Shown here piece after piece: positions 26,337 to 34,600 of a stretch of 64,000 bases of DNA (the stretch's first letter is position 1; each line of letters begins with the position of its first letter). The stretch lies in the IMG/VR virus record IMGVR_UViG_3300032238_000944, positions 18,926-82,925 of that record; one strand, 5' to 3'. Position numbers and translations under genes: made by a program. The notes under the pieces are model-generated. The model saw only the letters and a list, made by a program, of their open reading frames with translations, was not told the DNA's origin and searched no databases. Source of the stretch: a virus.

Positions 26337-26363
26337 ACAGTACAACAAACCCTCCGAGGTCTT

Positions 26364-26531
26364 ATGTCAGTTTCCTACCTTCAAGCTCAGAAAAAGCATG
26401 TGCGTGTGACACTGGATCTTTCAGTTTACAGTGACTTCGATGCCCGACAGATTGACTATGCAAAACTATTCGGATTGGATGGAGATGAGTCAGTCTCAGT
26501 ATACGTGGAGGACATGGAGATTGACTGGTAG
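26364..26531 (+). CDS. Hypothetical protein (55 aa)
   Basis: MSVSYLQAQKKHVRVTLDL...; GAGG RBS; not in ORF track. Confidence 0.65.
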   Translation: MSVSYLQAQKKHVRVTLDLSVYSDFDARQIDYAKLFGLDGDESVSVYVEDMEIDW

Positions 26532-26541
26532 CTTATAACGA

Positions 26542-26614
26542 TGTGACAGTTGTAGAAGTGTCACAGTAAATGAGCACAACCCCCTCAGATGATGTATATT
26601 AGCCATGTTGAGAG
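26542..26614 (+). promoter_or_regulatory. Early promoter cassette 13
   Basis: TGTGACAGTTgtagaaGTGTCACA; TATATT 26595 then AGCCATGTTGAGAG. Confidence 0.85.
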
Positions 26615-26659
26615 GAACACCCAATGCCCACCACACTTTCCACCTCTTCCGAAACTTTC

Positions 26660-26911
26660 ATGACCTCTGCCACTTATAACGGTTGGGCAAATTATGAGAC
26701 CTGGAATGTATCTCTGTGGATTCAGAATGATCAATTCCTTTATAACACTGCAAAAGCATGTGTAGAGTATTGCGGCAAAGATGAAACCCCTTATGATAAG
26801 TTCGTCCGCTGCATGTTCAATGGCGGAATGAACAAAACTCGTGATGGTGTTTCGTATTCGTCCTCAAAGCTAGATCATCAGGAACTCAACGAAATGCTGA
26901 AAGATATCTGA
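26660..26911 (+). CDS. Conserved phage early hypothetical protein
   Basis: TYNGWANYETWNVSLWIQND; start 26624 or 26660. Confidence 0.75.
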   Translation: MTSATYNGWANYETWNVSLWIQNDQFLYNTAKACVEYCGKDETPYDKFVRCMFNGGMNKTRDGVSYSSSKLDHQELNEMLKDI

Positions 26912-26976
26912 GATCTTATAAGGAATGAGATGCGCCTTAAAGACACTCAACCCCGTACACTAACTAACACTTAACA

Positions 26977-27117
26977 ATGTCTACTTCTGTGATGATCTCC
27001 CTGCTGGATCGTGCTAACACTGGCAACGAACTCCTGCAGATTCTTGATAGTCTCGTGACGGACAGTGAGCAACAGTCTGCCAGCGAAACTGCATACGTGG
27101 AGGGTATCGCTATCTGA
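26977..27117 (+). CDS. Hypothetical protein (46 aa)
   Basis: MSTSVMISLLDRANTGNELLQILDSL; not in ORF track. Confidence 0.6.
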   Translation: MSTSVMISLLDRANTGNELLQILDSLVTDSEQQSASETAYVEGIAI

Positions 27118-27126
27118 TGACATCTG

Positions 27127-27159
27127 CGGGTGCTGCTTATAACAGTGGCACCCGTTATT
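27127..27159 (+). terminator. Stem-loop at the end of the early region
   Basis: CGGGTGCTGCT-tataac-AGTGGCACCCG then TTATT. Confidence 0.55.
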
Positions 27160-27312
27160 CGTATTGACAGTTATTCGTGAGCCCAGTTATTTGGCGGTTG
27201 CGGTTATACGGGGCGGGCGGCGTACCCGTTATAAAAAGCTATAAGTCCCTAACCTACAGAGGTGACAAAACGACCTAGCTATATCATTCTATAAAAAAAT
27301 TCCCGGAGAAAA

Positions 27313-27432
27313 ATGGCACCCAAAAAACCAAAAAAGAATCCTACATTTGGCAATGGGGACAAAAGAAAAGCAACAGGTCAATGTAGATCCACGGCACAGA
27401 AGAATGCATCGAACAAGAGGAAGAAGAAATAA
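27313..27432 (+). CDS. Small Lys-rich protein (39 aa)
   Basis: GGAG RBS; MAPKKPKKNPTFG...KRKKK; not in ORF track. Confidence 0.5.
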   Translation: MAPKKPKKNPTFGNGDKRKATGQCRSTAQKNASNKRKKK

Positions 27433-27550
27433 ACCATATTGGAATTTTTTCCGAGTTGTTCTTGCAGGATGGATGATACGGTATCCACGACCATTCTTTG
27501 TGACTCTTGGTATTGTTATAGTGACCATATATAATGCAGTCACAAAATAA
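27404..27550 (+). CDS. Small membrane protein
   Basis: PYWNFFRVVLAGWMIRYP plus TM segment. Confidence 0.6.
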   Translation: MHRTRGRRNKPYWNFFRVVLAGWMIRYPRPFFVTLGIVIVTIYNAVTK

Positions 27551-27555
27551 TTTTC

Positions 27556-27747
27556 GTGGAAAAAATTTATCACATCTATGCAAAGGATAGATGTTTATTC
27601 CATTCGATTAAAGAAGAAGAATTTCAGACGACATGGAATACGATTAAGAATATGGTTGGTATTATGAAGACTGACTATAATGAAAGTGATTTGTCCTATG
27701 AAGAACTGATTGTAAATAAAGAACTTGCAAGAACTTCTTCACATTGA
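27556..27747 (+). CDS. Hypothetical protein
   Basis: KIYHIYAKDRCL; GTG start. Confidence 0.7.
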   Translation: MEKIYHIYAKDRCLFHSIKEEEFQTTWNTIKNMVGIMKTDYNESDLSYEELIVNKELARTSSH

Positions 27748-27772
27748 CAAATCATATATACTCTGATAAAAT
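27744..27772 (+). promoter_or_regulatory. Sigma70-like promoter
   Basis: TTGACA-N17-TAAAAT. Confidence 0.7.
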
Positions 27773-27794
27773 TGATCTGAAGTGATTTCAACTT

Positions 27795-28562
27795 ATGGCA
27801 AAAGGATTTACTGTTAAAGCAAATACTCCCAAACCAAAAACAGAGGAATGGGATTATGATGCAATCAAAGAAAGAATGAGAGGTAAGAGTATTGTCTTCT
27901 GTCTTCCAGGAAGAGGATGCTCATATGTATTTCTCAAGGCATTTGTACAACTGTGTTTTGATCTTGTACAAAATCAGATGAGTATTCAGATTTCTCAGGA
28001 TTACTCATCCATGGTAAACTTTGCACGTTGTAAAGTTCTTGGGGCTAATGTATTGCGTGGTCCAAAGCAAGTACCTTGGGATGGTAAACTGAATTATGAT
28101 TATCAACTCTGGATTGATAATGACATTGTATTCAACACAGAAAAGTTCTGGCAACTCTGTGATTTGGCTCTGAATGCAGAAGGAGAAGAGAAAGGTATTG
28201 TTGCTGGATGGTATGCCACAGAAGATGGGCACACGACCTCAGTAGCACACTGGTTAGAAGAAGATGATTTCCGCCGTAATGGTGGTGTGATGAATCACGA
28301 AAATGTGGAGAGTATCTCGAAACGTCGTAAGCCTTTCACAGTTGATTATACTGGTTTTGGTTGGGTTCTGATTCAGAAAGGTGTCTTTGAATCTCTTGAG
28401 TATCCTTGGTTTGCACCAAAGATGCAAGTCTTTGAATCTGGTGCGGTTCAGGATATGTGTGGAGAAGATGTTTCATTCTGTCTCGATGCAAAAGAAAAAG
28501 GATTTGAGATCTGGTGTGATCCCAGAATTCGTGTGGGGCACGAAAAAACTCGCGTAATCTGA
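27795..28562 (+). CDS. GT-A fold glycosyltransferase-like protein
   Basis: NFARCK, LWIDND (DxD), GFGWVLI, GEDVSFC, VGHEK. Confidence 0.75.
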   Translation: MAKGFTVKANTPKPKTEEWDYDAIKERMRGKSIVFCLPGRGCSYVFLKAFVQLCFDLVQNQMSIQISQDYSSMVNFARCKVLGANVLRGPKQVPWDGKLNYDYQLWIDNDIVFNTEKFWQLCDLALNAEGEEKGIVAGWYATEDGHTTSVAHWLEEDDFRRNGGVMNHENVESISKRRKPFTVDYTGFGWVLIQKGVFESLEYPWFAPKMQVFESGAVQDMCGEDVSFCLDAKEKGFEIWCDPRIRVGHEKTRVI

Positions 28563-28711
28563 TGAATAAGTTTAATATCTTATACAAAGGTAGAAAGATC
28601 TATCAGAATCTCTCACATGAAGAATGTAGTGAGATTCTGATGAATCTCTCAGAAACTTATTATAATGATGAAACTTTTGATGTTAATGAAATTGAATTGG
28701 AGGAAATTTAA
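28562..28711 (+). CDS. Hypothetical protein (49 aa)
   Basis: MNKFNILYKGRKIY...; coupled; not in ORF track. Confidence 0.65.
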   Translation: MNKFNILYKGRKIYQNLSHEECSEILMNLSETYYNDETFDVNEIELEEI

Positions 28712-28855
28712 ATGGCAAAAGGTGGATCGATGAATAAGGTGCTTCATGTACCTGGAGCTCCGAAAAAAACTCGTCAAGGACGATCAGCACGCACTCTTCT
28801 CTCGGCTACTTCTCGTAATGGTCGTAAAAAAAAGTATAGAGGTCAAGGTCGGTGA
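28712..28855 (+). CDS. Small basic protein (47 aa)
   Basis: GGAGG RBS; PKKTRQG..SRNGRKKKYRGQGR; not in ORF track. Confidence 0.7.
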   Translation: MAKGGSMNKVLHVPGAPKKTRQGRSARTLLSATSRNGRKKKYRGQGR

Positions 28856-29070
28856 TTCAATTGAATCCTCAAATCCCAGTTCTGACTCCGAAAGGATCAG
28901 GCTGGGCATTTTTTTTGATTGATCGTTCACAAGAACATGACCTTGAGTGGGTTGTGTTCCTAGATAATGGTGGGTATTGTTGGACTTTTCGCAATTCTGA
29001 CATTCGAATACAAAAAAACTTAACTCATCATCGTTCAAATATAGCAGATTTCGGGATAGCAACCCCGTAA
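28852..29070 (+). CDS. Hypothetical protein
   Basis: IQLNPQIPVLTPKG..LIDRSQEHDLEW. Confidence 0.7.
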   Translation: MIQLNPQIPVLTPKGSGWAFFLIDRSQEHDLEWVVFLDNGGYCWTFRNSDIRIQKNLTHHRSNIADFGIATP

Positions 29071-29102
29071 AAAGTTCTGATTTACTTAAATCAGGAGCTA
29101 AA

Positions 29103-29264
29103 ATGGAACAAAGAATGCTTAGAGAGATCAATAATGATGATCTTACGCCAAAAAAACATGATTTTTGGCATCAAAATGAAATTCATGAGAAAATTCGTAA
29201 TGATGAGGACTATGATGACTGGGAATATGGTACAGAACCCCTTTATGAAGTCAAAAAAGTCTAA
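29103..29264 (+). CDS. Small acidic protein (53 aa)
   Basis: AGGAG RBS; MEQRMLREI...DDWEYGTEP; not in ORF track. Confidence 0.65.
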   Translation: MEQRMLREINNDDLTPKKHDFWHQNEIHEKIRNDEDYDDWEYGTEPLYEVKKV

Positions 29265-29291
29265 TAAATAAGTTATGTTTATTACTTTTGT

Positions 29292-29693
29292 ATGCCTGTA
29301 GAACGAGTTAGTAAGGCATTTAAGGACATTAGTGCATCTTTTCAGGTTAATCCCCTGAATTATGACCTAATTGCGATTAAAAATGAGACTGCAATTGCTC
29401 GTTCTATTCGAAATTTGGTTCTTACACTTCCTGGAGAACGATTTTTTAATCAAAATCTAGGTTCTAGAGTTTCGAGAGCACTTTTTAACAATATTGATAG
29501 CGTTTCAGCATCAATTATTCAGGATGAAATTGAAAATACTATCAAAAATTATGAACCACGAGTGAATTTAACTGAAGTTAATGTAGCTCCAGACTATGAT
29601 AACAATAATTTTAATGTAACTATCAGATATACGATTGTAGGAATTGATGTATTACCGCAACAATTGGCATTTGCTTTACAACAAACTCGATAA
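29292..29693 (+). CDS. gp25: Baseplate wedge subunit gp25
   Basis: FKDIS..AIARSIRNLVLT.PGERFF..YEPRV; late promoter AATAAATA 29263-29270. Confidence 0.9.
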   Translation: MPVERVSKAFKDISASFQVNPLNYDLIAIKNETAIARSIRNLVLTLPGERFFNQNLGSRVSRALFNNIDSVSASIIQDEIENTIKNYEPRVNLTEVNVAPDYDNNNFNVTIRYTIVGIDVLPQQLAFALQQTR

Positions 29694-31607
29694 ATGGCAC
29701 TAGTAAACTTCAGTAATTTAGATTTCGATCAAATTAAGACTTCGATTAAGGATTACCTTAGGTCGAATTCAAATTTTACTGATTATGATTTTGAAGGATC
29801 TAACTTATCGACGATTGTTGATATGTTAGCCTATAACACTTATATTACCTCATACAATGCTAACATGATTAGCAATGAGGTTTTTATTGATAGTGCAACA
29901 TTAAGAGAGAATGTTGTTTCTTTAGCAAGAAATATTGGATATGTTCCAAGATCAAGAAGAGCATCTGTATCAAATATTTCATTTTTTGTAGATACAACCG
30001 CATTTACAACAAATCCAATTTCCTTAACTCTACAAAAAGGAATTGTTTGTACTAGTGCATCCTCTTTTGGAGGAGATAGTTATACATTTACAATTCAAGA
30101 TGATGTTACCGCAAATGTTATTGATGGAATTGCATCCTTCAATAATATTGCAGTTTATGAGGGAACATATCTTACTCAAAATTTTACTGTAAATGCAAAC
30201 GATCCAAATCAAAGATTTATTTTAAACAATCCAAATATTGATACAAAGACAATTCGAGTTACAGTTAGAAATACTCAACAAAGCACAATTACTCGTAAAT
30301 TCACTCTTGCTGAAAATTTAATTGATATTGATGGCACATCTTTAGTATTTTTCATTCAAGAAATCGAAGATCAAAGATATGAATTAATTTTTGGTGATGA
30401 TGTATTTGGTAAAAAACTTGATAGTTCCAATTATATTCAAGTTTCCTATGTGGTTACAAATGGAAAAGATGCAAATGGAATTCCAGCATTTACCTATAGT
30501 GGAAGAATTTTTGATAATAATGGAGCAATTGTTGCATCAGGCATTTCTTTAATTACAACAGATGCTGCATCACAAGGAGGAACTGAAATTGAATCGGTAA
30601 ATTCAATTAAAAGATATGCTCCAAGAATATATTCCTCTCAAAATAGAGCAGTAACTGCTACAGATTACGAAACCATTATTCCAACCATTTATCCTGAAAC
30701 TGAATCTATTTCCGTATTTGGTGGCGAAGATTTAAATCCACCAAAATATGGCAAAGTCTTTATTTCTATTAAGCCATATAATGGAACCTTTATTTCAAAT
30801 CCAATCAAAGATAATATAAAGGCAGCACTTAGAAAATATAGCGTTGCTGGAATTGTTCCTGAGATTTTAGATCTCAAATATCTTTATGTTGAATTTGATT
30901 CAACAGTTTATTATAACACAAATACTTCTCCTGGAGCAAGTACTGTAAAATCAATCATTTCATCAAACATTGAAAAATATTCGGATTCCAGTGAATTAAA
31001 CAAATATGGAGCAAGATTTAAATATAGCAAATTTCAAAAAATCATTGATGATAGCCACCAATCAATAACGTCTAATATTACCAAAATTACAATGCGTCGT
31101 GATCTTCAAATTAAAGTAAATCAACTTGCAACATATGAAATTTGTTTTGGAAATCAATTCCATATTCGAAATTTCAAAAATGGATATAATATTAAATCCT
31201 CTGGATTTACTATTGCTGGTTCATCAGATACTTTATACCTATCAGATTTGCCAAATTCTGATGGTAAAAATGGAACAATATTTTTCTTTAAATTAAAGTC
31301 ACCAACAGAACCCATTATTATTAAAAATAATGCCGGAACCATTAATTATGATCGTGGAGAGATTAATTTGTCCGTAGTTAATTTTTCTTCGGCATTAAAA
31401 AACAATGGTGGAGTTCCGATTATTCAAATTTCATCTATTCCACAATCAAATGATGTAATCGGATTACAGGATCTTTATTTGCAACTAGATATTAATAACA
31501 GTGTATTAAATATGCAATCAGATGCTATCTCATCTGGTGCTGATATTTCTGGATCATCTTATACAGTAACTTCAAGTTACACAAACGGAGCCCTCGTAAG
31601 ATCATAA
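29694..31607 (+). CDS. gp6: Baseplate wedge subunit gp6
   Basis: LDFDQIK..DYDFEGS..LAYNT..FIDSATLRENVVSLAR..QNRAVT. Confidence 0.92.
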   Translation: MALVNFSNLDFDQIKTSIKDYLRSNSNFTDYDFEGSNLSTIVDMLAYNTYITSYNANMISNEVFIDSATLRENVVSLARNIGYVPRSRRASVSNISFFVDTTAFTTNPISLTLQKGIVCTSASSFGGDSYTFTIQDDVTANVIDGIASFNNIAVYEGTYLTQNFTVNANDPNQRFILNNPNIDTKTIRVTVRNTQQSTITRKFTLAENLIDIDGTSLVFFIQEIEDQRYELIFGDDVFGKKLDSSNYIQVSYVVTNGKDANGIPAFTYSGRIFDNNGAIVASGISLITTDAASQGGTEIESVNSIKRYAPRIYSSQNRAVTATDYETIIPTIYPETESISVFGGEDLNPPKYGKVFISIKPYNGTFISNPIKDNIKAALRKYSVAGIVPEILDLKYLYVEFDSTVYYNTNTSPGASTVKSIISSNIEKYSDSSELNKYGARFKYSKFQKIIDDSHQSITSNITKITMRRDLQIKVNQLATYEICFGNQFHIRNFKNGYNIKSSGFTIAGSSDTLYLSDLPNSDGKNGTIFFFKLKSPTEPIIIKNNAGTINYDRGEINLSVVNFSSALKNNGGVPIIQISSIPQSNDVIGLQDLYLQLDINNSVLNMQSDAISSGADISGSSYTVTSSYTNGALVRS

Positions 31608-31611
31608 TAAA

Positions 31612-34600
31612 ATGACAGAAACAAGAGTAAAGATCAGTCAAGTTGTAGACAGTCAACTTCCAAATTTTATTAAAGAAGAGTTTCCATTAGTATCTGAATT
31701 TTTATCTCAATACTATCTTTCTTTAGAATATCAAAGTGGACCTTCTGACCTTTTTCAAAATATTGATCAATATGTAAAAGTTGACACTTTAGCAAATTTA
31801 ACAGATTCAACTACTCTTAGTTCTGATATAACTTTTGGCGATAGCACGATTTCTGTAGAATCAACCTATGGATTCCCAAATTCATACGGTTTACTTTTAA
31901 TCGATGGTGAGATCATTACATATACATCAAAGACTTCAACCGCCTTCCAGGGGTGTATAAGAGGGTTTAGTGGCGTTACATCATACAATGATCCAACAAC
32001 TCCAGATCAACTTATATTTACAGAATCTGATTCTGCAGATCATACTTCTGGATCAACAGTCTCAAATTTGAGTATTCTTTTCCTAAAAGAATTTTTTAAT
32101 AAAGTTAAAAAACAAGTTAGTCCAGGATTTGAAAGTAGAAAATTATATTCTGGATTAAATGAGGCTTTGTTTGTAAAGCAGTCTAAAGATTTTTATTCTA
32201 CTAAAGGAACTGATAATTCATTTAAAATTCTTTTTAGAGCACTCTATGGTGTAGATGTTGAGGTCATTAAACCAAGAGATTATTTGATCCAACCATCAGA
32301 TGCTCAATATAGAATTACAAAAGATTTGGCTGTTCAGGCATTATCTGGAAATCCTTTAGATCTTTTGAATAAAACATTCTATCAAGATCAAATTGGCAGT
32401 ATCAATAAAGCAGAAGGTACAATATCGAATGTACAAAAGATTAATCGCGGATCAAAAGATTATTATATAATCAGTGTTGATTATGATTATGATAAAGATA
32501 TCACAGTTTCGGGAACAGTAACAGGAGAATTTTCTATTCATCCAATCACCCAATTGGTTACTAATGCTAGTATTGGTGATACTACTCTTGATGTAGATTC
32601 TACAGTTGGATTTCCTTCATCAGGTGAATTAGTAATAGATCTTTCAAATGGATCTTCATTAACTGTCAATTATACTTCAAAATCATTAAATCAATTTTTT
32701 GGATGTTCTGGAATTACTCAAACAATTTCTGAGAAACAAGAATTAAGATTAAACGTTTTTGCATATGGATATTCTGGAAATACAACTGACGATATAGTCA
32801 AAGTCAGAATTACTGGAGTACTTTCTGATCTTTCAATTCCAACCAAAAATTATTATTATGAAAAAAATGATCTTATTCAAGTAAAAACTCTTGGAATAGA
32901 TTTAAAGGATCCAAAATCAAATAATTGGTTTTTTAATATTTCTACGAGATATGATGTAAAATCGATTGCTTTGCTTGATCAATCAGATTATACTTATCGG
33001 GTAACTTTATATGATCCACATACATTTAATGTTGGAGACTCTATAGTATTAATTTCTTCAACCAATCAAGAATTTTTTGGCAGTATTATTGAGGAAAATA
33101 TTGATTTAACATCAAGTTCAAATGTCATTTCATTCCAAAATACAACTTCATTTGATATCAAAGGTCAAGGACCATTGAATGTTAATTTATTTTATACGAT
33201 CAAAAAGAATATTTTAAAAGTCAATTCATCTAATCATCCAGAATTAAACAAATATTCTGCAGATATTCAAAATCTTTATAGTGATTTAAATGATTCTTTA
33301 TATGTAGCTGCACCTTCTCTTCCAAACTATATCAATTTGCCAATTTCAATTGATGATAGATCAATAACTTTTTCTGGAACTTTTGAAGGTACTGATTTGC
33401 AAATTGGAACTCATGGATTATATACTGGAGATGCAATTGTTTATAATCCAGAAGGTGAATCGAATAAACTTGATATGCTGAAAGGAATTTATTTTGTAAA
33501 AAAAGTTGATGAGACTACAATTAAACTGGCCAGAAGTAAGCAAAATATATTTTCAGAAAATTTTGTATCTGTAGCATCTACAACTATTTCGAATAATCAA
33601 TTTTATTTTTACAATTTTTCAGATTCAAATTTAAATTTAAAAACTGTACAAACTCAAAAATTAATTAGAAAATTATCTCCTGCAGTTGAAGATAGTTTTG
33701 ATTATGAAACTCTTCCAGGAACAACTGGAATTTTTATTAATGGCGTCGAACTTTTAAATTATAAATCTGACGATGTTGTCTATTATGGAGAAATTAAAAC
33801 CATTTCTCCAACTGCACCCGGTAAGGGATACGATATCGTAAATCCACCAATATTATCAATTCAAGATAATATTGGATCTGGAGCAGCTGCATATTGTTCA
33901 GTTATTGGTAATCTTGAAAGAATTAATATTGTTGATCCTGGATTCGATTATCTTCAAGAACCAGTTATTACAATTTCTGGAGGTAATGGTTCTGGTGCGA
34001 AAGTAAAGGCAAATTTAATTGAATTTGATCATTCTGCAGAATTTAATTCTATTGCCTCTGCACTTCAAGTAGATTTATCAAATGATACTATTGGATTTTC
34101 TAGTTATCATAAATTTAGAGATTCTGAAAAAGTAATTTATTCCTCGGAAGGTCAAACAGATGTTGGAGGCCTTTACTCTGGAGCATTTTATTTTGTTTCT
34201 GTTCAAGATGCATATACAATTAAACTTCATAAAACTTTTGATGATTCTGCAGTAGGAATTAATACAATCAATTTAACTTCTTATGGTACTGGAAACCATA
34301 AATTTTTATCAATTAATAAAAAGAAAAAAATTGGATCAATATCAGTTATTGATTCTGGATCAAATTATCAAAACAAAAAATTAACTGCTTCAGTATCAGG
34401 AATCAATACTGCATCCAATACAATTTTTGTTAGAGAACATGGATTACAAAGTGGTGAAATTGTAACGTATGATTATACAGAAACTCCTATAGAAGGATTA
34501 TCTCAATCGTCATATTATGTTACCAAAGTTTCAAATGATGAATTTAAATTATCAGAATTGGGAACAGGAACTTATTCTGAAGATTTCTACTATAAAACAA

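Noticed and set aside
26108-26338. 76-aa minus-strand ORF
   Set aside because: Starts upstream of the minus promoter, has no clear RBS and overlies regulatory motifs; probably non-coding.
14893-26614. CRISPR array or integron attC array from the recurring TATATTGGCCATGTT motif
   Set aside because: Spacing is irregular (hundreds to thousands of bp), the motif contains a -10 box, and no cas gene or integrase is present; a promoter family explains it.
26921-26950. Possible small RNA hairpin TGAGATGCGCCTTAAAGACACTCA
   Set aside because: Pairing too weak to support without a covariation search.
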